A stretch of DNA of 64,000 bases from a virus (taxonomy: Duplodnaviria; Caudoviricetes), in the IMG/VR virus record IMGVR_UViG_3300022602_003472, positions 23 through 64,022 of that record; one strand, 5' to 3'. Positions 20,407-29,642 of the stretch are shown here, piece after piece. How positions within the stretch are numbered: position 1 is the first letter of the stretch; every line of letters starts with the position of its first letter. A model generated the notes under the pieces. That model ran no database searches. It saw nothing but the letters and a program-made list of their open reading frames with translations, and was not told where the DNA came from. The translations under genes were made by a program, and so were the position numbers.

Positions 20407-20915
20407 AGGTAGCAGTCACAGGACATACGTCTGGCATAGGCAAAGCCTGTTTTGAACATTTCCATGCTGCGGGCTTCAGTAGGACCAACGGATTTGACAT
20501 CAATTCTCCTGACAAGATCGTAGAACACTGCCGCGATATAGATGTGTTTATCAACTCCGCACATGGTGGATTTGGACAAGCTACCATGCTCAAGGCCATC
20601 TTTAATAGCTGGCGCTACCAACCAAAACACATCTTCAACATCGGAGTAGATAAGGTAAGCCTTAAGAGCTGGGAACTGGTGAGCGAAACCTATCCCGTAG
20701 AAAAAATAGCAGCACATTCCATGTGTGAGGAACTACAAGCGTTGGCAAGATCTTGCCGCATAACCAACATCTGCTTGGGATTCGTCGAAAACTACGGCGG
20801 CGACATCGAGTTTAATGATATCGTAGAAACAATCCATTATATATACAATAAGCCATATGAGATCAAACGCATTCATATAGGCAACGGCGTCAAAAGGACT
20901 GCGGTAAATGATTAG
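20403..20915 (+). CDS. Short, atypical SDR/Rossmann oxidoreductase
   Basis: KVAVTGHTSGIG, DVFINSA, YPVEK (YxxxK). Confidence 0.75.
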   Translation: MKVAVTGHTSGIGKACFEHFHAAGFSRTNGFDINSPDKIVEHCRDIDVFINSAHGGFGQATMLKAIFNSWRYQPKHIFNIGVDKVSLKSWELVSETYPVEKIAAHSMCEELQALARSCRITNICLGFVENYGGDIEFNDIVETIHYIYNKPYEIKRIHIGNGVKRTAVND

Positions 20916-21561
20916 ATTTATGCCATTGGATCTGCCAGTGTTTGAACACAAGCAGAAGGTGCTCGATGAGTTCAATCCCGACGTAGATTTCTATTTTTGG
21001 AAAGAAGAGTACATATCAGAATGGACTCTTAGCGAGCCCCTGCATGCGCCAGCTAAGCTCAAACCGATCCACACTGAATTGGTTGAATATATCAAAGAAT
21101 ATTTTCCATTTGAAAGCATCACTCTACTCAAATTACTGAGGGCCAATCAAGATGTTGCTGCGCACGTAGACGACAGTTATACCGCCTATAAAGGTCCTAA
21201 AGATAATTGTCGATTGATAACAGAAGACTATCGACAGCATCAGCTACAGACCGAACCATGCGGATACAGGATGATAATTGCCGGCGACAGAAGCAGCTTA
21301 TATCTGTCTGACGGCAACCCAGAAGTACGAGACGGTCAGTTGGTTTACAATAAGATAACCGAGAAAAAATATTGCCACGTACCAGAAACCACAGACAGCT
21401 TTGTGTTGAAATCATACGGCAGCATGCACGGAGTAGATAAAACGCCAGGCGACGATAATAGATTGTTGGTGTTTGTTATCGGATGGCTCAATCCGGAAAA
21501 GCATCAAGAACTCATCGCCAGAAGTGAAAAGGTTTACAAAGATTATGTACACTATGCATGA
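20908..21561 (+). CDS. Cupin/Fe(II)-2OG oxygenase-like protein
   Basis: AAHVDD...SMHGV...RLLVFVIG. Confidence 0.55.
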   Translation: MIRFMPLDLPVFEHKQKVLDEFNPDVDFYFWKEEYISEWTLSEPLHAPAKLKPIHTELVEYIKEYFPFESITLLKLLRANQDVAAHVDDSYTAYKGPKDNCRLITEDYRQHQLQTEPCGYRMIIAGDRSSLYLSDGNPEVRDGQLVYNKITEKKYCHVPETTDSFVLKSYGSMHGVDKTPGDDNRLLVFVIGWLNPEKHQELIARSEKVYKDYVHYA

Positions 21562-22165
21562 AGGCTCTTATTGGCCGGTCTTCAAGGAAGTATTTGACGA
21601 GTATCAACCAAAAACAATCGTAGAGATTGGGACATACTATGGCGGATTGTCTTATAAGTTCCACGAACTTCTAAAGGGTCAAGGACATGTCTACGGAGTG
21701 CAGACCATAGATGAGGACAAGCTCATACATGTACCAAACTCAAACATGGGCGATTATAGCATAGGTGAAGCCGAAGGTAATATCGACCCTCGACTAAAGA
21801 AACACGATTGGAAGAAAGCAGTCAAGAAGTATTTTCCAGCACAGTATCATGGAAATTATGATTTCAATCTAACCATACAATCATTCCAACAGATGGAGAA
21901 TGCGACATTGATACTCGACACGTCTCCGTTTTCCTATCCATGGAAGATAGGTTATGATCTCTGCATCCTAGACATAACCACGGAAATAGAAGAGAATCAA
22001 AAGCAAGCTGATTACTGGATCAAATATGCCAATGACGGCGGAGTCTTAATGGTTGGCGCATGGACTCATCAATTGGAATTCTATGAGCTAGCTAAAAATA
22101 GATACGGTTTTCTTACCAAGAGTATCAAAATGAAGGATAAAGAACATGTTCTATTGTGCCTATGA
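21554..22165 (+). CDS. Class I SAM-dependent methyltransferase-like protein
   Basis: PKTIVEIGTYYGG motif I, YDLCILD, GGVLMV. Start chosen at the ATG overlapping the upstream stop. Confidence 0.65.
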   Translation: MHEGSYWPVFKEVFDEYQPKTIVEIGTYYGGLSYKFHELLKGQGHVYGVQTIDEDKLIHVPNSNMGDYSIGEAEGNIDPRLKKHDWKKAVKKYFPAQYHGNYDFNLTIQSFQQMENATLILDTSPFSYPWKIGYDLCILDITTEIEENQKQADYWIKYANDGGVLMVGAWTHQLEFYELAKNRYGFLTKSIKMKDKEHVLLCL

Positions 22166-22733
22166 ACTAGATTTTCCGAGACTGGAAGAGCTCAAGAATG
22201 AATTGCGCGAATTCTATCCAAGCCAGCCAGCAACGTGGCAAGCATCGGAATATCTAAACTACAAGCAGGTTGGACCAGAAACGGCGCGTTTTTATGAGTT
22301 GTTTGATAATTGCTTTCTCAATAACATGAGATTCTTGAGAGCACCAGCTGACACCTACTATGGTCCGCATATTGATATTGATGCACATGAACTGGATCAC
22401 TTTGAAGGTGAGATACCACCTAACATGGCACGCAATGCTACGATTAACATCCTCCTAGGGGACCCAGATCCGACAGTAACCAAGTGGTACATTGATTTAG
22501 AAGCCAAAAAGTACGACTGGAAGACCCATCGAGACATTGCTCACAAGATGAAATTGAAAGTCGTCGACGAATACTCGCTTGGCGAACCACCAATATTGTT
22601 CAACACAGGGCAATGGCATTCGGTGAAATATACCAAGGAAAGATGGATGGCTGGTTTCCATTTCCATCCATTTGTGACGTGGCAGGGCGCAGTAGAATAC
22701 TGCAGAGAGAAAGGATTCTTGATAGAACGATGA
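22146..22733 (+). CDS. Cupin/Fe(II)-2OG oxygenase-like protein
   Basis: GPHIDID...ATINILL...PILFNTGQWHSV...RWMAGF. Confidence 0.6.
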   Translation: MFYCAYELDFPRLEELKNELREFYPSQPATWQASEYLNYKQVGPETARFYELFDNCFLNNMRFLRAPADTYYGPHIDIDAHELDHFEGEIPPNMARNATINILLGDPDPTVTKWYIDLEAKKYDWKTHRDIAHKMKLKVVDEYSLGEPPILFNTGQWHSVKYTKERWMAGFHFHPFVTWQGAVEYCREKGFLIER

Positions 22734-23263
22734 TTATCATACAAGATAACTTCCTGTCAGAGGAATACCTCGGCGAATTGGAAAAAGTCATAGATCAGGG
22801 CAAGCGCATACATTTAGATTCATCAGGCCCGCATGTCATGAAAGAACGAACTGAGTATGACTGGTTCATGATCAATTCTGGCATTCAAAAAGGCAATCTC
22901 AAGAATCAACTGCTGGATAAGATAGAACAGCTAACCTCTAAACCAATTGATCGAGAGAATCTCACACCGGTCCATCTGTTTGCCAAAGAATTTGATGAGA
23001 ACAGTTTTTGTGCTCCTCACAAAGAAGATCCAGAGATCTACGGTGACTGGGTATTCATGTTGTACCTCACAGATGAACAAGATGGCGAGTTTACTACCGA
23101 TAGCATCAGCATACTTCCTCGGCGCAATCGCCTGCTGCTGTGTAGAACTGGTTTTGTACACGCCGTAAATCACTGCACAGGAAGAAGATTAAACATCTCA
23201 GGCTGGCCCTATGCGACCAACGAGGTATTTGAACGTTATACCCGACTCAAGCAGGATCGATAA
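22730..23263 (+). CDS. 2OG-Fe(II) oxygenase (prolyl 4-hydroxylase-like)
   Basis: MIIIQDNFLSEE...APHKED...FMLYL...PRRNRLLL...HAVN...RLNISGW. Start at the ATGA overlap, 22730. Confidence 0.75.
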   Translation: MIIIQDNFLSEEYLGELEKVIDQGKRIHLDSSGPHVMKERTEYDWFMINSGIQKGNLKNQLLDKIEQLTSKPIDRENLTPVHLFAKEFDENSFCAPHKEDPEIYGDWVFMLYLTDEQDGEFTTDSISILPRRNRLLLCRTGFVHAVNHCTGRRLNISGWPYATNEVFERYTRLKQDR

Positions 23264-23876
23264 GCAAGCCTTTTGATCTAGCCAGATCTACTAACGTGTC
23301 CCAATCAATTGTGTAATGCGCATGGAAGCTAAGCATCATTCGCACGCTAGGTCGCACTTGTTCAACATTGTGCCATATACCAGTTCGAAATAGCACAGGC
23401 TTAGTTTTGATTTCAAATTCATAGATGCAATCCATGTCATATTTGCTGTTATTGGTCTTATGATTAGATAAACTATCGCCATCGCCAATCCAAAAATCAT
23501 AGGGCATGATAACGTCAGGGGTAGTTTGACGCCACCAACGAGTGATATCACCCACTGGTTCAAATAACGGAATGTTAAGTGCGCACTGAGTTATGGCATC
23601 CTGGCTAACATTTTCGTATTGCAGATGCTCATTTACATCAAGATGTATTGCTGTGGTTCCTAGCTCAGTTGCCACGTGATTGATCAATCTAACCTTTGGT
23701 GCAAACCAATCCTTTAATGGCCCAAGAACGTCCCAGAGTTCGGGATATTGAGATTTCAATGCTTCTGGTTGAAGATATTTTCTATTTGTTGTTTTGATCT
23801 CATCCCAGATGAATTCAACTCGCTGCCGCAGATTTTCTGGAACATTTAGATTTAATTCATAACAAGGCTTATACAT
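23247..23876 (-). CDS. Cupin/Fe(II)-2OG oxygenase-like protein, paralog of 22146..22733
   Basis: AIHLDVN...CALNIPL...PVLFRTGIWHNV...RMMLSF. Confidence 0.6.
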   Translation of the reverse strand: MYKPCYELNLNVPENLRQRVEFIWDEIKTTNRKYLQPEALKSQYPELWDVLGPLKDWFAPKVRLINHVATELGTTAIHLDVNEHLQYENVSQDAITQCALNIPLFEPVGDITRWWRQTTPDVIMPYDFWIGDGDSLSNHKTNNSKYDMDCIYEFEIKTKPVLFRTGIWHNVEQVRPSVRMMLSFHAHYTIDWDTLVDLARSKGLLIDPA

Positions 23877-23885
23877 GTTGGTTCC

Positions 23886-24656
23886 TCACAATTTGTAGAT
23901 TGGGGCTAGACAAATCCTAGCTAGTGTATCCTGTCGCCTAAACTTGCTGTAATCTCCATGGTAGGTCGTAGCTAACCATACACTATCGCTTGGTAATAAT
24001 CCAAGCTCTTGGCAGACTTCATGCTGTTGTTCGTTTATACGGCTATAAACGTAATCTATTGGGAATTTTCCTATGATAGCTTCAGCAATATCATGCGCAA
24101 TATAGTTGTAATACTTGGCGCCAAATATCAGATCATCAAGCTTATGATCAGCACGCCTGCTAAAGAACCAACCTGTCCGCACGTTTCTCACACCAAAGCT
24201 CTTGCTTAAACTATAGAATACATATTCAACGTTAGGCTGTATATCTATCTTGCGAACAGCTGTGCTACCGACATAAGCAAGATCTAAGGAAACAGGTTGA
24301 TCGCAGGGAACTTCGATGAAATTTCCATCTATAGCACTCGGTACGCTTAGATACTGTATGGTAGATTGATGATTATATCGCGGTACAACCCACTGATAGT
24401 CGCCTGATCTAACCGCAATCGATCTCGGTTCTCTACCTATCCACCAATTCAACCCTTCTGTAATACCATTCATTGGATATACGCTGAAACCAGATAGATC
24501 TATCACAGGTTTAAGCCATTCAACGATGTTTGTTTGGTAAGGTTTCACGCTTTGATGATCTATAGGAATTGAGTTCAGCAGTTGGTAGACTTCTGGTAAT
24601 ATAGAAGTGCGTACAGCGTTGCTCTGGTTTAACAAAATTGCTTTCAACTGCGCCAA
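23886..24656 (-). CDS. Short PLP-dependent enzyme (fold type I-like)
   Basis: NGITEGL, SLDLAYVG (DxA), FYSLSKSFGVRNVRTGW (Schiff-base Lys motif). Confidence 0.7.
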   Translation of the reverse strand: MAQLKAILLNQSNAVRTSILPEVYQLLNSIPIDHQSVKPYQTNIVEWLKPVIDLSGFSVYPMNGITEGLNWWIGREPRSIAVRSGDYQWVVPRYNHQSTIQYLSVPSAIDGNFIEVPCDQPVSLDLAYVGSTAVRKIDIQPNVEYVFYSLSKSFGVRNVRTGWFFSRRADHKLDDLIFGAKYYNYIAHDIAEAIIGKFPIDYVYSRINEQQHEVCQELGLLPSDSVWLATTYHGDYSKFRRQDTLARICLAPIYKL

Positions 24657-24753
24657 CCTGGATCCATGGTATTATATTATATCTTATCCACAACAACATA
24701 TCAAAATGCCGAACTTTGATTGCTTGTGTCTCTGCAACCATATTAAATATGTC

Positions 24754-25332
24754 ATGAAGTATTTTGACCACGTAGATATACCTAGTTTTCCTGAACTGTT
24801 TGATCAGATGCAGACTGTCATCACAGCTCACGATATAAGCTGGAGACCAAATAATCAGATATGCATTAACACTGTGCCCGGTCACGAATCAGACCCAACA
24901 TATGGCACCGGAAGCTTACAGTATGACTGGTCACAGCTTACTGCCGTAGAAGTTGCCGGTCTCAGCAGCCTAGAAATTCCCAGGCGACAAGAACCATTAC
25001 AAGAATCAGATTTCACTATTATCTGCACGCAGTTCAAAGGTACTATCTTTGAAACAATATATGATCTTCTGTCTGCGAGATATCATATTGGCCGAATAAG
25101 GCTGATGCGTAGCGAACCAAAAACCTGTCTATCATGGCACAAAGACGACTCTCCGCGCTTGCACTATCCTATCAAAACGCAAGCTGGATGTTTCATGGTT
25201 ATCGACGATGAAGTTTATCACATACCAGAAAATCGGTGGACCATGACATTGACTGAAAATTTACACACTGCATTCAATGCCAGCAAACACACTCGCATAC
25301 ATCTAGTTGCCTGTATATTAGGAAACCGCTGA
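24754..25332 (+). CDS. Fe(II)/2OG oxygenase (Asp/Asn beta-hydroxylase-like cupin)
   Basis: GRIRLMRSEPKTCLSWHKDDSPRLHYPI...HTAFNAS...RIHLV. Start at ATG 24754, just after TAAATA. Confidence 0.75.
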   Translation: MKYFDHVDIPSFPELFDQMQTVITAHDISWRPNNQICINTVPGHESDPTYGTGSLQYDWSQLTAVEVAGLSSLEIPRRQEPLQESDFTIICTQFKGTIFETIYDLLSARYHIGRIRLMRSEPKTCLSWHKDDSPRLHYPIKTQAGCFMVIDDEVYHIPENRWTMTLTENLHTAFNASKHTRIHLVACILGNR

Positions 25333-25394
25333 TAATTGCAGCATCGTGACATGACAATTATAATACCATTAAGATCCCACATTAAGAGACTGCC

Positions 25395-25886
25395 ATGAAT
25401 GTTCTAGAGTTTAAGCATAAAGTATCAGATGATCTCCTACATAAACTGCGCCTGGCTGTCATGTCTGTCAGCTTTGAATCATATGTGACAGCTAAGGGTA
25501 ATAGAGTATGGTTAGAATGGGCTGATGCTAGTGCTGTTGATGCCAGCGAACTGCTTGCACTGGTTCCATTCAAACCTAATAGGCAAGGGTTCACACGTTT
25601 TGCAGCCAACGGATTCATCAACGTCCATGTTGACGATAAGCTTAATCGATCTAGCTGTCTGAGCGTAGCACTGCTGCCTGAATTAGAAAATTTTGCGCCA
25701 GTGAATTACCATGATAGCTTAGATCTCGATGCTCGCATTACCGAGACTTATCATTACAAGCGTCATCCGATCATATTAAACACAAAAAATCCTCACTCGA
25801 TGGTCAACAACGACCACGACAGATATATGCTACAGATTCAGTACGCTGAAGACATCTCAGAATTTGTGAAATACGCTAGATCATAA
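25395..25886 (+). CDS. Cupin/Fe(II)-2OG oxygenase-like protein
   Basis: NVHVDD...PIILNTKNPHSMVN...RYMLQI. Confidence 0.6.
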   Translation: MNVLEFKHKVSDDLLHKLRLAVMSVSFESYVTAKGNRVWLEWADASAVDASELLALVPFKPNRQGFTRFAANGFINVHVDDKLNRSSCLSVALLPELENFAPVNYHDSLDLDARITETYHYKRHPIILNTKNPHSMVNNDHDRYMLQIQYAEDISEFVKYARS

Positions 25887-26450
25887 CAATGGTCGCAACA
25901 GCGTCATGATATCAGGTTCTATCTTAGATAGCCATTCATTGATTGTTTTTTCTTCCCAGTGCAAGTGATTAGGTGATCGATCTACGGCATATTTGAAATC
26001 AAATGCTTTGATCTTGCCATCCTTGTGAGTGAGATTGCACATCGCATTGTTGCATTTATATAGATTGTGCTGTTTGAATAGCTTAAACATGTCCACTAGT
26101 TGTTCCACAGCATCTGGTATCACGTGAGTTAATCGTGAAACATTATCGTAATAGTGTAACAGGTCAGGTCCAACATATTCTTGGAGAATGTAGTACCCAA
26201 ACTGATCCAGCAAAGGTCCGTGTTCGTATATCTTTATCACACAATCGTGATTTAATTGACTTGACCATTTGATCTCATTTTGATAAAGCGCTGATATCTG
26301 ATCTTGCTCTACATGCAAAGGGGCACTGCCGCGTATGGTTATCCCGTTTGGTTTGTAGAATTTCTTGCAGATGCCTCTTGCAGAATCTATCCAAACCTCT
26401 GCCATAGATCCTCTAGAACCAGAATTAGTTTGATACAATTCAAACGGCAT
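25881..26450 (-). CDS. Protein-kinase-like fold protein
   Basis: GSRGSMAEVW, ICKKFY, NEIKW, ILQEYVG, KIKAFDFKYA; the catalytic loop is atypical (YKCNNAMCN). Confidence 0.65.
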   Translation of the reverse strand: MPFELYQTNSGSRGSMAEVWIDSARGICKKFYKPNGITIRGSAPLHVEQDQISALYQNEIKWSSQLNHDCVIKIYEHGPLLDQFGYYILQEYVGPDLLHYYDNVSRLTHVIPDAVEQLVDMFKLFKQHNLYKCNNAMCNLTHKDGKIKAFDFKYAVDRSPNHLHWEEKTINEWLSKIEPDIMTLLRPLL

Positions 26451-27180
26451 GTAATCTATCTACTATCTCCTTTTGGTATTCTTGTAGTATGGTACGTATG
26501 CGGTATTCTTTTTCATTTCTAAAATCAATACCCAATTTCTCTTTCAACCATACTATTATCGAATCATGGTCATTTGCTGATAGTAGCCCGCATAGATCAA
26601 ATGGATCTTCACAGTCTTTGCTGTTAAATCGTTCTATGTAATGCTGCCACTCGCCGTCGTCCATCGGATAACATGCCTGGCATCGTTGCATCTGATAGTG
26701 TTTACCTGCTGCAGTGTTTGCTACAATGCTTATTCTTCTTAGATTTGTTTGAACGGCTCGTAGCCGTTCAATTGGCAAGGACCGTCGCCAAGAATGAATG
26801 CCTAGAAGAACCCGTTGTCCTTGTAGAGTATAATCTTCGTTGTCATAGAATTTCACCGCTGTAGAACCGTGTTTCCAGCGCTGCCGCAGTGCTATAAGAG
26901 CAGTTCCTACTATCTCAAAATACGCTAACCAATCGTCGACATCTGTTGGTTCACATCTATTCATAAACCAATTGGTTAATTTTTTTGGAATCAAGATATC
27001 GTAGTCTATTTCACGAGTAATCGGGTCGTCGGTTATCGAAGTAGCTGTGAATATGTTTGGATTATCGTATGACATAGTAGCATCCGATTCTGCCCATAAG
27101 CGCATGAGCAATTGACCAGAAGAACCAGGCAAATAATCTATGAGTATCAATTGGTTATTTTCTAAGAACGGATATCGCAT
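26440..27180 (-). CDS. Hypothetical protein, possibly P-loop/sulfotransferase-like
   Basis: N-terminal LILIDYLPGSSGQLL loop; 246 aa within the operon. Confidence 0.5.
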   Translation of the reverse strand: MRYPFLENNQLILIDYLPGSSGQLLMRLWAESDATMSYDNPNIFTATSITDDPITREIDYDILIPKKLTNWFMNRCEPTDVDDWLAYFEIVGTALIALRQRWKHGSTAVKFYDNEDYTLQGQRVLLGIHSWRRSLPIERLRAVQTNLRRISIVANTAAGKHYQMQRCQACYPMDDGEWQHYIERFNSKDCEDPFDLCGLLSANDHDSIIVWLKEKLGIDFRNEKEYRIRTILQEYQKEIVDRLHAV

Positions 27181-27182
27181 TA

Positions 27183-27959
27183 CTACACCAATAGGTCACT
27201 GATACACATGCGATTGGTGCCGCCGCGATCAAAATATTTCCATTTATCGGAAAAATCGAGACCAAAAATTACCGTATCAGACGGCAAAAATCCAAGATCG
27301 CTGCATACTGTTAATTGTTTATCTCTATATGTTTCATACATGTAATCAGGAGACCACTTGTCCAACAACTGGTAATGATATTCTGCGCCAGCTAAGAAAT
27401 GATAGGCCCACGGCTCGTAAACCTTAGAAGGATATTCGTCATTGGTGTAGAGCATACCCGTACGCCAATTGCCTGTACCAAACGTTTTTGATAGAGAGAA
27501 ACATACGCTGTGTATGTTTTGATATGCGCTGAAATCAAAATCAATGTTTCCGCACACACCAAAAAATGCGCAATCTACAAATATAGGTTTGTTATAGGTA
27601 TTTGCTATAGCCAACTTATCGTGAGAAGATTTGCCGTCTGCTGAAAACGGATGGCTCAGCACTATTGCATCACATTGCTCAAGATCAAAAGTAGCTCTAT
27701 CACCAATTATTGTCCGAGTATAACTATACTCACCGCGAAATATGCCAATCTTATGATAAAGGGCATAGGTTTGATTGAGAGCATCAGTGACACCAGACAC
27801 GACGTAGCCCTGTCCGGGTAATCCAGCTACGACTTGCGTGCTGCTGTGTATCCAATCATTTAACTTAGTTTTGAAACCATTGAAATCCTTCACGCTACCA
27901 TAATTTGGATGTATAGCCTTGGCATTCCTAGAGATCGATTCTAGATCATAATTGGTCAT
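27183..27959 (-). CDS. Short PLP-dependent enzyme (fold type I-like)
   Basis: SGVTDAL, IFVDCAFFG, FSLSKTFGTGNWRTGM. Start at the ATGA overlap, 27959. Confidence 0.7.
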   Translation of the reverse strand: MTNYDLESISRNAKAIHPNYGSVKDFNGFKTKLNDWIHSSTQVVAGLPGQGYVVSGVTDALNQTYALYHKIGIFRGEYSYTRTIIGDRATFDLEQCDAIVLSHPFSADGKSSHDKLAIANTYNKPIFVDCAFFGVCGNIDFDFSAYQNIHSVCFSLSKTFGTGNWRTGMLYTNDEYPSKVYEPWAYHFLAGAEYHYQLLDKWSPDYMYETYRDKQLTVCSDLGFLPSDTVIFGLDFSDKWKYFDRGGTNRMCISDLLV

Positions 27960-29080
27960 TTCACCAACCGTGTTTTTGGAATCTTGCTGTCTGCAGAACT
28001 CACACATGCATCTGATATGCAGGGCATAGGTTGATCAAATAGTTTGAATCCAGTCTCTATGTAACCAAGAGGTTTATCTTGGCAGCTATAACTACGTTTG
28101 ATAGCACCATCTGGTTCTCTGATAATAATACTGCGATACCCGCTTTCGCAGTCCCAACCTTTGAAATTATTGAAATTGAATGCATTGAATCTTTCAGCTT
28201 GGTCCATATACCATTTCTTACCAGTATCATCTTCAAATTCCACTTGCATAATCTGTGGCACATTTGCATCGTCGCCGTTACTAATGCTCATATTCTGCAT
28301 GCTAATCGTTGGCTTAGGCCGTTCTACCTTGCTCTTTACTGCAGTGAAATCGCGTTGGGGCATCCCGTTATGCAAAGTAGCTAGCTGCTCTTTAGTGTAA
28401 CCTTCTACTACTCGACTGGCTGTTGAATCGCTTTGTGGCTTAAGAGTTACATTAATTCCGCGGCTAAGGAAATATTCAGCCTCAGCATATAGAATATCAA
28501 ACCATTCGGGTATCATCACAGTGTTTACTGTGACCTGGATGTCATTCTCCTGTAAAAAGACTAATTTATCTGCAAATTTCTCTGTGTGCACCTTTAGATC
28601 GCCTTGCTTTATTCCCTGTTCACGGTGCCAACTAGCTGTGACGCTCACACGGTGCAGATCTTTTGTAGCTGCTACATATTTCTCAAACCATCGAATGCCT
28701 TGCGATATGTTGCTGGTCATATGCACGCTCTGATAATTGCAGTTAGCAGTATCTGTGCTGTAGTGCCCAAGCAGTCTAAGATAATCTGGATATACTGTGG
28801 GTTCGCCTCCGCTGAAACTAAAATGAAAACTGTTAAAACCTCGTTCTCTGCTCTGTTTCTTGATCTCATCCATTGTCATAAGGTTAAGTTCGATAGGACG
28901 ATAGTCCTTGGTATTGCTGCGTGCATATGGCCAACAATAGCTGCAGTTGTAATTGCAATATCTACCTAATAACCAGCTAACAGCAAATATGTCTCTGTAA
29001 AGCAGCGTGCGCTGACCAAATTTTACGATATGATCAAACGGTATCTGAGTGAAATCATAGCTGCTCCATGCTTCATTCAT
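27956..29080 (-). CDS. Radical SAM protein with C-terminal SPASM/twitch-like Cys motif
   Basis: CNYNCSYC, FSGGEPT, C-terminal CESG...SYSC...PCISDACVSSAD. Confidence 0.9.
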   Translation of the reverse strand: MNEAWSSYDFTQIPFDHIVKFGQRTLLYRDIFAVSWLLGRYCNYNCSYCWPYARSNTKDYRPIELNLMTMDEIKKQSRERGFNSFHFSFSGGEPTVYPDYLRLLGHYSTDTANCNYQSVHMTSNISQGIRWFEKYVAATKDLHRVSVTASWHREQGIKQGDLKVHTEKFADKLVFLQENDIQVTVNTVMIPEWFDILYAEAEYFLSRGINVTLKPQSDSTASRVVEGYTKEQLATLHNGMPQRDFTAVKSKVERPKPTISMQNMSISNGDDANVPQIMQVEFEDDTGKKWYMDQAERFNAFNFNNFKGWDCESGYRSIIIREPDGAIKRSYSCQDKPLGYIETGFKLFDQPMPCISDACVSSADSKIPKTRLVK

Positions 29081-29642
29081 ACCAAGTTTCCATTTGCATG
29101 GGATCAATGCTTAACTCGTTTAATGCTATTCCAGTTGGTATTTCAGTTAACCATTTTATAAAATTAGCAGCTGTATCCACTGACATGCATTTCCTATCTG
29201 TGTGTTTATGTTGATTGTTGTCCAAAGTTCCTAGGCTTATCAGTGTTACATGAGGACCTCCGCTCCATACACTCATCATCGACAATCCAGTGCAGTAATT
29301 GCGCAGAGCTTTCTTTTCCTGTTGGTACATCCAATCTCTGGCTCCAGTGGCACGATCGGTGGTGCTGCCAATGCAAATGATGCGCAAGTCATGTTTGTCT
29401 TGTTTTGCTTTTTTATAGATTTTTTCAAGTATCAGCGTCTGATGAAATTTCCACAGTGCGCTGTTGTTTATAAAAATATCATGTGCTGCAGACAATGAAA
29501 CTAGCTTTTCTTGGTCAGTGTCTACTGTGAGATCGTATCCCGTGGATCTGCTTACAAAGGTAGCAGACGGCCAGATGTTTGCCAAAGCTGCCGCTAAACC
29601 TTTTTCACTATTACCAGTGATGAGAACTTTTTTATCCAACAT
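29073..29642 (-). CDS. Short SDR/Rossmann oxidoreductase
   Basis: KVLITGNSEKGLA, DIFINNS, ICIGS, YQQEK (YxxxK). Confidence 0.7.
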   Translation of the reverse strand: MLDKKVLITGNSEKGLAAALANIWPSATFVSRSTGYDLTVDTDQEKLVSLSAAHDIFINNSALWKFHQTLILEKIYKKAKQDKHDLRIICIGSTTDRATGARDWMYQQEKKALRNYCTGLSMMSVWSGGPHVTLISLGTLDNNQHKHTDRKCMSVDTAANFIKWLTEIPTGIALNELSIDPMQMETWYE

